Counted from the first letter of the stretch, positions 1 to 12,226 are shown. The stretch: DNA of 64,000 nucleotides from Schizosaccharomyces osmophilus (GCF_027921745.1 NC_079239.1:930001-994000); one strand, 5' to 3'. Notes: generated by a model from the letters alone, not told the origin. Program-made: numbers and translations.

Positions 1-256
1 TCGTCTCTTCTTATACGGTAAGTTTGACCTCTACGTCTCAGAAATGATTCAAAAAAGCAACAACAAATGTTTTTGTACTAACATTTGGAAGGAGAAAATG
101 AACATGAAAGTGAAGATAGTGCACGATGAATACTTGAAAATGTACGATGCTTTGGCTGCAGAGCGTATGTCCTTCTCAAAGAAGAACTATAAGGATGTAC
201 AGGCGTTGGATAAAGTCAAAGGATGGTTACTTCAAGCATTAGAAGAAAATCCTTAA
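1..256 (+). CDS. 3' end of a spliced gene running in from before the window (intron 18..91, last exon 92..256); product not recognised
   Basis: GTAAGT at 18, branch TACTAAC at ~76-82 and AG at 90-91. The last exon reads EKMNMKVKIVHDEY...LQALEENP*. Confidence 0.7.
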   Translation, partial: RLFLYGKFDLYVSEMIQKSNNKCFCTNIWKEKMNMKVKIVHDEYLKMYDALAAERMSFSKKNYKDVQALDKVKGWLLQALEENP

Positions 257-506
257 CCATCACAAGAAATGCTGAGAAGCAAAGCTAAAAAGGCTCTTAA
301 CGAACAAACTATCAAGCAAACAAGACTGGCTCCTTCACTACGTATTCTAAATATCTCCCTTTTTTATTATTCATGAGATTTATGGCATTATATGGATAAT
401 TTTCGAAATGCATTCATTACTATTCATAAAAAATCAATGTATACTGAAAGCTGCATGTGAAAACCAACGCAGTGCAAATTATTAGGGGGAAGTTAAATCT
501 ACAGCA

Positions 507-1286
507 TTAAATGATTAAACGAGCATATGCGAGAAGTAAAGCACCCGATCTAGAAATGGTTAATGTACTTAATTTTCAAAAAATCTTCAGACTAGGAATG
601 AAGATCAGCTTTTCATACCCTGTAACAATTCCCAACAACCATTGAAGAGTCTGTGTTTTATACGTGGCTAACTGGGTTCGAAAATTTGACATTTCCGTAT
701 CTATTTCCGCAGACAATTCTCGAAGTTTAAGCTCCTGCAAAGAAGCTTCATCATAGTGATTTAAACGCTCAATGCTCAATTGCAACCTAGCTTCTGCTGT
801 CGAATTGTTAAGCTGGTCACGGAAGGATGTTCTCAAACGTTCAATGTCTGAAAATAATTGTCCCGCTTGGGCATGCAAAGCGGCCATTTCCTGACGTTCA
901 ATACTTTGTAACTCACTGCGCAAATGAGCAAAATCGACCTTTTGTTGATACATGACCCGGTCTTGTTGTTCTTTCGTCACCAAATATCCACTCATCTTTT
1001 TATGGCTAAGGACAGTTAGAATCTTGCCTTTTCGCCCTCATTTTACTTACGAATCTGCGTAAATTTTAGAAATGGTCTTCGTAAATATTTCTGCATTTTT
1101 CTTCTGGATGCCGACCTCCTGTAAGCCACGAATAAAACCTAATGTATTGAATCCATGATACAATCTTCGCGGTATAAATAAAGGAGTATTCGACTTTATA
1201 AATGAAGGACTGAATAAGCAAGGATTTGAAAAATTAGGAACAGGTGAAATTTTTGAACAAATTGGATATCTTGAAAGGATGCGCAT
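507..1286 (-). CDS. Mitochondrial CCDC90/MCUR1/Fmp32-like coiled-coil protein (DUF1640), 221 aa; exons 1286..1051, 1005..619, 549..507
   Basis: Two canonical GT-AG introns join two ORF-track fragments in frame. The product has a basic N-terminal presequence, an FNTLGFIRGL motif, a coiled coil and a C-terminal TM segment (LQWLLGIVTGSGALLLAYARLII). Confidence 0.85.
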
Positions 1287-1411
1287 TAGAAGTGAATTGG
1301 CAGAGTCTAGGGAGGTTTGGTCGCATTGGAAAAAAGGAAAGAAAAGCTATTCTCATAAAGAGAGATCAGCAAACATGTTTAAAAGATAATAAAGGATAGA
1401 AGAAGAATTGA

Positions 1412-2110
1412 TTAAATTTCAATGGGCATATCTCGAAACATGGAGGCGTCGAAAGCAGCAACCATGAGTTGCAAAGCATCAGACGTATACTTGGAATCAT
1501 TTCCTGCGTTGTGAAGACAGAATGGAGGTATATTTAACATTTTTAACATATTTCGAAGACCTACATACATTTCGGAAAGGTTCAAACCGAGCTTGGATGC
1601 TTCAAAATAGGAAAATATGTTCTGCGTATCCAACGTTATGACTTTAGAAGGGATAGTAACGCCCAAAAGTTGCAAATATCTTAGTTCATTAGGAATTCCA
1701 TGGGCGACTAGAATTATACTCGGAATCTGAAGTATTTCGTTTAGTTTTTCCCGGAGTACTGCCTTTGTCAGAAAAAGGGACTGTCCAAACCGAAAGTTGT
1801 CTACTTCATCAGGAACATACTTTCCATTTCGAAGATGTGAATGATTCGTAAGACGATAGTGGAACGATTGCCATTGATCGCTTACTCTAGTCGTGATCCC
1901 AGCTTCCGTTATGATTCTATGATCCCGTTCGTATGCTTCGAAATCCACCACCATGAAATTCCACCTTTTGTCTGCAATTGTTTCAAAAGCTAACTTTGCC
2001 TCTCTTTTCATTTTCAGTTCATATGCATGTTTTCTTTCTCTCTCCTTTAATGGTCTGTCTGCTCCAAGCGTTCCTTTTCCTTGTCCCTTCGCCATGTGTA
2101 TGATGTCCAT
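1412..2110 (-). CDS. Gfd2/YDR514C-like conserved fungal protein with an RNase H/DEDDh-like fold; 5' end uncertain
   Basis: 232-aa ORF with VDFEAYE, VAHG, LDTQ and LHNAGND motifs. A possible splice acceptor at 2120 just upstream suggests an unresolved upstream exon. Confidence 0.7.
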   Translation of the reverse strand: MDIIHMAKGQGKGTLGADRPLKERERKHAYELKMKREAKLAFETIADKRWNFMVVDFEAYERDHRIITEAGITTRVSDQWQSFHYRLTNHSHLRNGKYVPDEVDNFRFGQSLFLTKAVLREKLNEILQIPSIILVAHGIPNELRYLQLLGVTIPSKVITLDTQNIFSYFEASKLGLNLSEMYVGLRNMLKMLNIPPFCLHNAGNDSKYTSDALQLMVAAFDASMFRDMPIEI

Positions 2111-3252
2111 TAGTTGATCCTATGGATTAAAGAAACTGATGTACTTGTCGATTTCTATACTCAAGAAGCTTCTGTTATCATTAAAGGACTAAAAAATGAA
2201 TAAATATTTGGAAGGTAACGGTGTCTTCGTATAATTTTGTGACCTAAATGGTACTTGAAGGCCATAAACAAATGAAAACAAGGAAAGGATAAAACTTCGT
2301 TTTCAATTGAGAACTTAAAAGAAGACTGAATCCTAAAAATATTTTGTTAGTTGGTTTGCTAGCTTGGCTATGTCTTCTATATCAGCAGGGTCAATTGCTA
2401 TGAAACAGTCAGTTCAGTTAAAGAACAATTTTGCAAATTTGAACATATTCTTTTTTGGAAAAATGGATATTTGGAGGGTACGCATAGCGATCACGGTGTA
2501 CTGAAACATACATGTCGTTCCTGAACAACGAATTTGAACTGAAACATACCAAATAAAAGAAAATTAATGTTTCATTACTAAGTCACCACGTTTGTGCACC
2601 TTCACACACATCCGTATTTCGTGTTTATGCTTCTTCAATTTCAGAATTCCATTAGAGAGGACATTTTGAGAGTAAAATGAGAGAATCAATTTATTTTCAT
2701 TTTTGGACACCTTAATTTTTTAAAGAAGCATCTTATAAAAGATAAAGTAAGCAATTTGAACTCGAAATCGCTTTATGTTTATTAAGACACCTCAATATAA
2801 AGTTGAGGAAGATCAAACAATAGTTTAAAAAACTCGAATTAAGAGTCGAATTAAGAGAAAACGAAGCAAGGAAATGAGTTTACTGATACTTGAATTCATT
2901 TGTTTAATCTTTGCATCGAGAACTTAGAATACTCGAGGCTTTTTACTTGGTGTTCCGCAAGGACTATCGAGGCCATGGAGAGAATGAATTAGAATAAATT
3001 AATTGTAAATTCAGGAACATTCCCTACACATAGACCTAGTCGGTAACTCCTTGCAAAGACAATTCTCTTGAGATCACGGAGCTGACATTGTGATATTTAA
3101 TTTGCTATTATAGCTAGTTTCTTAAATATAAAGGAAAAGAGCTACATTCTGTAATTACGGTAAAAAAAACGTTCACGCGTAATAAATGTGAAAGCAGGTT
3201 CAACAAATTCCTCTACTTATCCTTTCGCCAAGTACATTCAACACCAAACACA

Positions 3253-6123
3253 ATGCGAAAATTAACTAATTCCAAAGAGAAAGAGGATAAAAAACATTTA
3301 AAATCAAAAAGCAATACAAACAAACAGACACAACATAAAAAACCGGCGAAGATGAAAGAAGAATTGACATCGACAGAAAAAGAACAAACGTCAGACAAGC
3401 CCACGATGGGTTTAGGTGCTGGTTTGCTGGAAAAGGTTAAGGATATAGTCTATAAATCGGATCCATCTGACTTTAAAAAGCCAAATAATAAGAAAAAACC
3501 CGCATCCAACAAGCAATCAGAGAAGCCTTTTGGTAAAAAGCCTGATTCGAAAGAGAAAATATCATCATCTTCCAAGACTCCTCCTTCTAATGAAAATAAA
3601 GGAGACATACAAAAAAAACCCAACGAAAAAGAATATAAAACTGCAAGATCTAAAAAGCAGAAGGAGAAGACACCAAAACCAAAAACACCATCTGCAACGA
3701 CGGATGAAAATGCTTTAACGAAACCTAAAAGTTCGAAGGAAAAGCGGTCAAAGAAGAACAAGGATGATAAAGAGGCTGTTTCTGAGGAAAATGAAAGCAA
3801 AGAGTCTCAACGGCCAGCTTCCACAAAAAAAAACGACAAGAGCGCGAGACGAAAGCAGGTTTACGAAAAGTACTACACTCGTCAAGAAGTAATTGAAGGC
3901 TTAAATTCAGGAAAGTTATTCAAAGGAGTTCTACGTATTCTTGACAACCATCGAAGTGCGTTTGTTTGTATGGAAGATCGGTCCGATTTCTACATTGATG
4001 GCCCTATTGCTCGGAATCGTGCTCTGCACAACGATGTAGTTGTCGTTGAACCAATTCAAGGTAAGAAGGAAAATAGCAATAGTGATGAACACAACATGAG
4101 CTCTAATGAGGATCAGCCTATGGCGAACGAAGACGGAGACCTATCCGAAACTGAACAGCAGCTTGAATCGTTGGAATTAAATGAAGAACCTGCACCGAAG
4201 GTTGACAATCCAAAGTCTTGCGCAAAGGTTGTCTCTATTGAAAAACGAAATTTAGTAAACACGATCATTGGTATTATTCGTCCTCCTGGATGGTCAATAT
4301 CAAACCACGAAAATGTTTCCACCAAGAGTGATTTTGCAGTCTTCATACCGAAAGACAAGCGTATGCCATTTATTACTATACACAAGAATGATTTGGGTGA
4401 TCTGAAGGTTCACGATTGGATCGAAAACATTCTAAACCATAAGTCAACGTTATTCGCTGCTAGGATTTTGAGATGGTCCACTTATTCACGATATCCGATG
4501 GGAGTTTTGAAAGAAGAACTAGGTTCTGTAACGAATGTAGAAGATTATACAAACGCATTACTCTTAGAAAATGGGATTTCCAGTGAGCCTTTTAGCCGTG
4601 AAGTACTAGAATGTTTGCCAGCTGAGGATTGGAGAATCACAGAGGAAGAATTAGCGAAGCGACGAGATTTTCGAAATGACATCGTCATAACTATAGATCC
4701 TGATACAGCTAAAGATCTGGATGATGCTGTTTCCTGTAAATATTTGGGTAATGGGACTTATGAACTTGGTGTCCATATTGCTGATGTGGGTCATTTTATG
4801 AAGCCAGATACTCCTCTTGATACGGAGGCTGCTTCTCGAGCCACGACCTTCTATCTTGTGCAAAAGGCAATCCCCATGTTACCCTCATTACTATGTGAGC
4901 GTTTATGTTCGTTGAATCCCCAAGTAGAGCGACTTGCATTTAGTGTTACTTGGAAGATGAATAAGGACGGTAAAGAGGTCGGTGAACGCTGGTTTGGTAA
5001 AAGTGTCATTAAGACGTGTTCCCGGCTTGCTTATGGCGAGGCACAAAACATCATAGAGGGAAAGTCTTGGGCCGAAGGTGTTGGCAAACCTATAGGAGGA
5101 AACCATTCTGCGAAAGATGTGGAGGAAATTATAATGGTGCTTTGCGAAATCTCAAGAAAGTTGCGGGCACAAAGATTCGCAAAAGGAGCTGTGGAAATTA
5201 ATTCTACAGAACTAAAATTTCAGTTGAATGAATATGGATTGCCAGACATGTGTGAAGTATATGAGCAAAAAGAAGCGAATCACTTGATTGAAGAGTTCAT
5301 GTTACTCGCGAATCGGTCAGTTGCAGAAAAGATAAGTAATTCATTTCCTGCGAACGCTTTGTTACGTCGACACGCAAGTCCTAAAGAAAAACAAATTAAT
5401 GATTTTTGCAAGTTTATGGAAGGATTGAAGTTTAACTTTGATGCTTCCTCTTCCTCTTCCTTTAATGACTCAATGAATCGATTAAGAAGTTTCTTCAATC
5501 CTGACTTGGTGGAGCTTTTCGAGAATATGGCTGTACGTTCTCTTAATCGTGCTGAATACTTTTGTACGGGTGATTTTCCTGAGCGCAGTGATTGGCATCA
5601 TTACGCACTTTCTTTTAACCATTATACACACTTCACTTCACCCATCCGAAGATATCCGGATGTGATTGTCCATCGTTTGTTAGAAAACGCATTAAAGCAA
5701 AAGTCACCTAATTTGTCCAAGAAGGTGTGTTCAAAGCATGCGGAGCATAGCAACGAACAACGCGATAAAGCAAACACTGTTCAAGAGGATAGTCAGCAAC
5801 TGTTCTTATCTGTATTCATTTCGGAGTATTGTAAAAAACATGGTGTATCTTCCATGCCTGTTACGGCTTTTGCGACAAGAATTCAAGATCGTTCAATTGA
5901 CGTTTATGTCTCTCAATACGGAATTTCTAATCGAGTAGAACTACAAAACGGAAACAATATAAAGAGCTATAGGATATTACCGGATGACACAGCTGTAATC
6001 ATTAAGAAGCAAGACGACTCGGAGACAAAGATTTCTTTGACAGATAAGTTTCAGGTGTACATGTATTCTGATTACAGTCGTACCTTTTTTTCAGTCCGCT
6101 GTTCGTTATTTCCGAAAACGTAA
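3253..6123 (+). CDS. dis32: Dis3L2 3'-5' exoribonuclease (RNase II/RNB family)
   Basis: 956-aa ORF with RNB motifs IDPDTAKDLDDAVS, LIEEFMLLAN and YTHFTSPIRRYPD. It has a long Lys-rich disordered N-terminus and no PIN domain. Confidence 0.93.
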   Translation: MRKLTNSKEKEDKKHLKSKSNTNKQTQHKKPAKMKEELTSTEKEQTSDKPTMGLGAGLLEKVKDIVYKSDPSDFKKPNNKKKPASNKQSEKPFGKKPDSKEKISSSSKTPPSNENKGDIQKKPNEKEYKTARSKKQKEKTPKPKTPSATTDENALTKPKSSKEKRSKKNKDDKEAVSEENESKESQRPASTKKNDKSARRKQVYEKYYTRQEVIEGLNSGKLFKGVLRILDNHRSAFVCMEDRSDFYIDGPIARNRALHNDVVVVEPIQGKKENSNSDEHNMSSNEDQPMANEDGDLSETEQQLESLELNEEPAPKVDNPKSCAKVVSIEKRNLVNTIIGIIRPPGWSISNHENVSTKSDFAVFIPKDKRMPFITIHKNDLGDLKVHDWIENILNHKSTLFAARILRWSTYSRYPMGVLKEELGSVTNVEDYTNALLLENGISSEPFSREVLECLPAEDWRITEEELAKRRDFRNDIVITIDPDTAKDLDDAVSCKYLGNGTYELGVHIADVGHFMKPDTPLDTEAASRATTFYLVQKAIPMLPSLLCERLCSLNPQVERLAFSVTWKMNKDGKEVGERWFGKSVIKTCSRLAYGEAQNIIEGKSWAEGVGKPIGGNHSAKDVEEIIMVLCEISRKLRAQRFAKGAVEINSTELKFQLNEYGLPDMCEVYEQKEANHLIEEFMLLANRSVAEKISNSFPANALLRRHASPKEKQINDFCKFMEGLKFNFDASSSSSFNDSMNRLRSFFNPDLVELFENMAVRSLNRAEYFCTGDFPERSDWHHYALSFNHYTHFTSPIRRYPDVIVHRLLENALKQKSPNLSKKVCSKHAEHSNEQRDKANTVQEDSQQLFLSVFISEYCKKHGVSSMPVTAFATRIQDRSIDVYVSQYGISNRVELQNGNNIKSYRILPDDTAVIIKKQDDSETKISLTDKFQVYMYSDYSRTFFSVRCSLFPKT

Positions 6124-6520
6124 TGTTTTATTTGGATACAAAGACAAGTTGAGCAAGTGCTAATGGGCAAGTATGACAATGATTTTTGTTTATTCATTCT
6201 TTTTCAGCTTCAACTTAATGAATTTATTGTTAAAAGTACAAAATGTGCTGTCTATGTTTGACGATGAAAGCGACGTTTGACGATTTCCGTTGCATGTGTT
6301 ATGTCCAGTCATTTATGCATTTGGCTCAATAAAGAATCAAATGGAAATACCTTTTTTTTCCTTTAGTTTATGAATACTTTTTTTAAGACAGAAAAAATTA
6401 TTTCAATATGAATGAATACCTAATTTTATTTTAGTTGGAAGTAACAGTTTAGCCGTTACCTATTATAAGCTGGTTCATCTTTAAGACATGGTCTTTTCTC
6501 TGAAGTGTAGAAACGAGGAC

Positions 6521-8048
6521 ATGGATTTTTATATTCATGCTGCTACGATTCTTGATGATTTAAGTCAGAGAAAAGGTTCTATTAAGCAACTCGTATTTAA
6601 TTCAAAGAAGCATGATCCTAAACGGACGTACGCGCTGGTCTGCGAGACTTTAAAATGTAAATAAAAGCAAATGAAGTTTTAGCAGGTGTCTAACAAAAAA
6701 AACAGATAAACATGTTTTGGACGAAGTTATACAATGTGCAAAGCTACCGGATTTAGAGAAAAAGGTAAACAAAACGAGCTGAGCTGTTTGGATGCTTACC
6801 AGGAAAACGATATAGATAAAAAAAAACCTTGTAAGGGTTTTGGTACATGATTTATTGATGTCAAAGCGTGGAATAAGTGCATCGACGGGCTCGATAAAAG
6901 AAGCGATTTTGCAACACAAGACTCGGTTGAATGCAGAGTTTGTAAAGCTGAAAATCCGCAACAAAGTAAAGTCGCACGAAGAGTTAGCATTGAAGAACCC
7001 AGTTACTATCCCTCGTTGGGTTCGGATAAATACAGTTAAAGCGACGAAAGAAGAAGTACTTAAGCAATTGGCACTGACCCAGGTGTCTTCTCTAAAAGAA
7101 GTGGGACCAGGAAAATATTACATGGATGAAATTATAGATAACTTAATTGCACTTGACAGTGAAATTTCCTTGACCAACGAAAGTTGCTACCAGGATGGAA
7201 AGATTATTATTCAAGACAAAGCTTCGTGTATCCCTGCAGCGATTTTGGGGAATCAGCGACAAACAAAAGTAGGAGACATCATTGACGGATGTGCGGCTCC
7301 TGGTAACAAGACAACTCATTTGGCAGCTTTGTTTCCCACTGCAAAAATATTTGCTTTTGAGCGGGACGGTCAGCGAGTGCAAACACTTCAGAAAATGGTA
7401 AACATATCCGGGGTGCAGAATGTTGAAATTATACATGGAGATTTTACTCGGAGTGATCCAATGGACTCTAAATTTGCAAATGTCACGCATATTTTGCTAG
7501 ACCCATCCTGTTCCGGGTCGGGAATTGTTAGTCGTCAGGACTTTTTGCTTGAAGAGTCCGAACAAGACGTAGTGGAAGATGTAAGCCGGTTGGAAAACCT
7601 GTGTAGTTTTCAATCTACCATTTTGAAGCATGCATTGCAGTTCCCCGAATCCCGTTACGTTACATATTCTACATGCTCTGTACACCGGCTTGAAAACGAG
7701 CAAGTCGTTTGCGATGTTTTGTCGCAAAATCCACAATGGAAATGCAACACCTTGGAAAATACATTCCCCCAATGGGAAGATCGTGGCATTCCAGAATACT
7801 GCACAGACCCCACGATGGCAAAGTCAATGATTCGTTGTGTTCCTGGGAAATTTGGAACGATTGGATTTTTTGTTTGCAACTTGTATCACCCGGGACGTGC
7901 AGGAAATTTGTCGGAGAAAGACATTTCGAATGCAGTAGACAACAATGCCAAACGGAAAAGAAAGAATAAAAAGAAGAAAAGCACCAAGAGAAAAAAGGAA
8001 AAGAAGCTGGAAGTAGCTGAGAGTTCTACCACAGATGCTACTGTCTAA
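6521..8048 (+). CDS. rcm1: 25S rRNA m5C methyltransferase (NSUN5/Rcm1); exons 6521..6656, 6706..6764, 6816..8048
   Basis: Two GT-AG introns give MDFYIHAATIL...; motifs QDKASC, DGCAAPGNKT, LDPSCSGSG and YSTCS are present. Confidence 0.92.
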
Positions 8049-8568
8049 AAGCCAAATTTGTTAGTCTCAGATGCTAGCTAGCAAGAAACAATGTTATCTA
8101 GGGGCTCAATTTATGAAAACGAAAGTTTCAAGTGTATGGGAAAGAATGTTTGGTGTCCGATATAGAAATATGTAACCATATAGTTAACACAAGAGTTCCT
8201 CCCCTTTCGTCTTCTCTACTATTATCGTAAGTCAATTTGTTTTAGGATGGAACAGCGAAACCAGTTTTGTTAATGAGTAAAATTTGAACATCTGGTTTTC
8301 TTCTTTTTGTAAAACTAATGTGAGTAAGCACTGCACTCCACCTATGGATTGCACTACCAAATGTTGCTACAAATTTCGCATGTCTTTGCTATATCTTACA
8401 TGCTCCATATAGTCATTCATTCACGGATGGCCATCATACTCAAGACTAATTTTACGTTACATAGGACCAAAATCAAAATCTAGACATAAATGTAGATATA
8501 AAGAAGATTTGAATAGAAAATAAAAAAAAAAACATAATAATAAAAAGCAAAATGTTAAAGAATTGAGA

Positions 8569-8824
8569 AATTGTCTGTTCAGTCAGGCTTCGTCGAACAT
8601 CCTGTGAAGGTGAATCCCATCGCAATCGCACTGCCCAGGACCCGGGCGTGGTGTGCGTTGTTGCCAACCTCCACCGGTACACCACGGTTTCATTGCCATC
8701 TCCGCCGGAGACTCCTCTCCGGGAAGTTATGGCAAATCGAGGGATCGAAAGCGAGACTCGAACCCATGACCACAGGATACTCCACTATGAAGCTCTCAAC
8801 TGTTCAGACAGAGCCATTACAGCT
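8569..8824 (-). ncRNA. srp7: Signal recognition particle 7SL RNA
   Basis: The minus strand starts AGCTGTAATGGC and contains GGGTTCGAGTCTCGCTTTCGATCCCTCGAT, GGAGGTTGGCAACAA and GGGCAGTGCGATTGCGATGGGATTCACCTTC. These closely match the fission-yeast SRP RNA as I recall it. Length ~255 nt, with a TATA-rich upstream region. The 3' end is approximate. Confidence 0.92.
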
Positions 8825-9708
8825 AGATATATAGTTTTTTATACCCTTATATAGTGCATGAAAATTAGAATGCAAGTCGTAAATGGACAATTCACTGAGG
8901 ATGACCAGGCAGGATGGAAAAAAAAGTTCCTTTTTGTTATGTTTCGGTCTAAAAAGAAAAAGTTACATTTCAAATTAAAAGGAAAAGCTGAATAGACTAC
9001 GCATTTTTCCTCTTGAAACATAAAGGTTTCTTTTTGATTATTTCTCCTACTACTTTATTCAATATGAACATAGCATTCATCATATATCTTGACTTCTAAA
9101 GAATTGTAGAAAGCAGGAACCAATGGAACGAGAACATTCGGAAATGAGCCATTTCTACTTGACAATTGCATTTTTCTATGTTCCATTTCAATGTGTTTGC
9201 TCAAAAAGACTACTTCACAACTATAAGAAAAAATTTTTATACAAATGTACATCGAAACAAGAATGCTGTTTTACTTGAAATTGAACATAATTGGGTTTTC
9301 GTAAAACGGGGAGGGCATGTATTACAAAGAGAGAAGAGGAATTAAAAGTATTTTATTTCCATCAAAGACGTGACATTGGGGAGATAAAGAAACGTGAATC
9401 AAGTCCATCTTTGAAGCACTTGCTTGTCTATCAGCAAAACATCCGTGTTGAAACAGCACAACAAGTACAAAAGGTCATTAGGGAATATAAACATCATTTA
9501 CCTTTTTTAAATGAAAGGAGAACAAGCCTAGACATCAAAAAAGATAATAATGACAATAGGACATTGATTTAAACAACGTACAAAGCGAAGGGTAGAGGGA
9601 AAAAAGGGAAACACTAAAAATTTCGAAAGTTCGAAAGCAAGGATCTAACCAGAGTACAAGACTTGAACTATCGTTCCGTTAGGTATTGCCTGGAAATATA
9701 CGGGTTTT

Positions 9709-10198
9709 TTAATCCACAAGGCGGCTAACAAACATGAACAAGTAAGTGAAGAAGAGAATAGAGAACCAGGCTAGCTTGATGAAGGAACGTTTTTGTCGAT
9801 CGGATACATCCTTGAAAATAGTAGTAGAGTCGTGGAGATGGTTATGGGTTACATATAATTGAACATTCCAAAGCATCATAGGAAGGTTGAAGATGAAGCA
9901 TACCCAGGCTCCCGAAAATAATAGAAGAACAGAGCTAATGGCGTGCAACAACATTTCAGGAATAACATAGTAATTCAATTTTCGAGACACTGGAAAGAAA
10001 AAATGTTAGTTATCCGATAAGAGAAGCAGAAACGAATGCGACTGGTGGAAACAAGTCAGCAGCCATCCTATACTTACAGTCAATAGGATTAATAAAGTCA
10101 TCCTTTAAATCCGAATACATGACAGTAAAGTACATGTGCAACATGATGCTCGCACAAGTCATCATTAACGACGTAAAGTAGATCCATGGAGAAGTCAT
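9709..10198 (-). CDS. cor1: Cornichon family ER cargo receptor, 133 aa; exons 10198..10078, 9989..9709
   Basis: Intron 9990..10077 (GTAAGT...CAG). The spliced protein has SDLKDDFINPIDLSRKLN...PE and three TM segments. Confidence 0.9.
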
Positions 10199-10356
10199 TT
10201 TGAGAATATTTGAAAAGAACAAAAGAAGTAAACAATCCTGAAATTACAAATAATAACAAAGGAACCCAAACAACTTTTTCGTTTGGAGAGGAGGAAGAGA
10301 AGGGGAATTTATCTGTTTGTCATAGAAACTCGTCAAACTAGTCGTACACATGAACC

Positions 10357-10371
10357 TGGGTTCGAGTCTCG
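10357..10371 (+). promoter_or_regulatory. Isolated Pol III B-box-like element (candidate TFIIIC site)
   Basis: TGGGTTCGAGTCTCG fits the B-box consensus GGTTCGANTC and is identical to 15 nt inside the SRP RNA gene (8752..8766). No tRNA fold surrounds it. Confidence 0.45.
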
Positions 10372-11249
10372 GTCTCAACAAAATAAACAAACCATAGGAA
10401 AAGAAATTAAAAGTCTTGAATTTGTAATGTTTGAATAAAAAAGATAAAGAAATTGAAGACTTTTAGAATCAAAGCTGCAGACGTTCATAGTCTGATACGC
10501 CTGGCGCCTGGTACCATGGAGCCTGGGTGGAAAAATAAAGAGGTAGGCTGCTAGTTCAAGGATGTCTTTTGTTTGCAATAAGCGTCAAATGGGAACTTCA
10601 AATTGCGCGACAAGTCGTAAAAAGAATAAGTCCATTTAATTTCTTTCCGTTGAAAAGGCCTTCGTAATAGTGCGATATTTCACACATTGGAAAACGAAAT
10701 ATTTCATTGTTTTCCTCATTTAACGCTAGGCTTGAAAAAAGCGATTGTTACATCGCAAAAGAACGAACCTGATTCTCCTTTTGTTTACGTCCACGATAAA
10801 ATGAATCGGACGACAGGAGACAGCTATTTATTCCTATAAAGTTGTAATGAATCTTTGAAAGAGAGATGAAACCGCTAAAGTGGTCTCCTATTTTGCATAG
10901 TAAACTTATACCAAGGAAAAATCTAGGAACGAGGCATTTTCATAAGCAAAGCCAACTCTTTTTCTCTTATTCAACTTTTGATCATCTCAAAAAAAGAAAT
11001 AAAATAGAATAAATTGAAATACAAATAGAAAATAGGAAAAAATAAAAAATAAAAAAATACATAAAAGGACAGTCCACCATAAACAACGTCTCCCCCATCA
11101 CTCTCCCACTTTTTCTTCGCAAATCCAAACGGGAGTTTGCAAGAGAAATTTAATATTGCTTACTAGGAAAACATTTCATTGCGAATTTGCTTAATTTTCA
11201 GGACCTCATTTTGAAGTTGAATATCTTTCCATAAACTGAAAACAGAACG

Positions 11250-11621
11250 ATGGCTATTATAACAATTCGTGTAATTCGAAACTTTGAATATCGTACGCTT
11301 AAGAATGTAGTCTTTCACGACATAGATTTGTCTACAACGACCGTCGGCCAGCTTAAGAAGATTATCCAAAATCGTATTCAAACGGATTCCGCTCTCAAGA
11401 TTTATCGTACAACCCATTTTGACACTTTGAAAATTTATGTGAAGGCCCAACAGCACAAGACTCAGAATTTGGCCATCAACTTGGATCATGATGATTGGAT
11501 TCTTACAGACGATCACCAAACCCTGGCTTTCAGCGGAATTGAAAACGAAACTGAACTATCCTATTTTAATTTGGAAGCCTACCGTGTGTATCAAGCGAAT
11601 CCTGTTCAAAAATGGATGTAA
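11250..11621 (+). CDS. aim29: UPF0538/DUF2340 ubiquitin-like fold protein (C2orf76/Aim29 family)
   Basis: 123-aa ORF with ITIRVIRNFEYRT, FDTLKIY, KTQNLAINLDHDDW and GIENETELSYFN. Confidence 0.85.
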   Translation: MAIITIRVIRNFEYRTLKNVVFHDIDLSTTTVGQLKKIIQNRIQTDSALKIYRTTHFDTLKIYVKAQQHKTQNLAINLDHDDWILTDDHQTLAFSGIENETELSYFNLEAYRVYQANPVQKWM

Positions 11622-12057
11622 GGAAACAACTAGCCAACAAAAAATTTGTTGGTGGTCATGAAACATGGAGTTATACGTTATAAGCTTGGAATTGTTGTAT
11701 CTTTCATCCTCTATATCTTACCATAGCGCACCTGGATTCTTGAAATCAGCTGTAATGGGAACCCACAGAATTCGCATATTCCTCTATGTAGGAAACCGCC
11801 GTTCATCAAGCAGTTCGCTGTCCGCCAAAGGAAGGAAAAAAAAAGGAACAAGGTACATAGAAATAAGAGAGTACTCACATTAAATTTCGTACAGTTTGTC
11901 TCATTCGGATCTTTCATCTTCTTTTATTGGTATTGTACATCGTAGCAACCCATAGAACCATACACCTTTTCACCGATCTCGAGAGTCGATTGCAACGACG
12001 AAAACCGTTCTTTTTGAGTGAGCGACAAAAAATGAAAAAGATCAAAAACAAAAAGAA

Positions 12058-12129
12058 TTGCGCGGCCAGGTTTCGATCCTGGGACCTACGGGTTATGAGC
12101 CCGTCGGAGTTCCACTCTCCTACCGCGCA
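12058..12129 (-). tRNA. Initiator tRNA-Met (CAT), second cistron of a tRNA-Ser/tRNA-Met dimer
   Basis: Cloverleaf with acceptor stem TGCGCGG...CCGCGCA, anticodon arm ACGGG-CTCATAA-CCCGT and the initiator-type T-loop GATCGAAAC. Confidence 0.95.
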
Positions 12130-12133
12130 CTTT

Positions 12134-12226
12134 CGTCAGCAGCAGGATTTGAACCTGCGAGCGCAATGCGCATTAGATAGCTCGAATAGTTCAAGTCTAA
12201 CTCCTTAACCACTCGGACATACTGAC
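12134..12226 (-). tRNA. tRNA-Ser (TGA) with an 11-nt intron (12179..12189)
   Basis: GTCAGTATGTCCGAGTGGTTAAGG, anticodon arm TTAGA-CTTGAA[intron]A-TCTAA, long variable arm and GGTTCAAATCC. Confidence 0.95.

Noticed and set aside
8473..8854. Three small ORFs over the GC-rich patch at 8.5-8.8 kb
   Set aside because: The patch is the SRP RNA gene; the ORFs are incidental.
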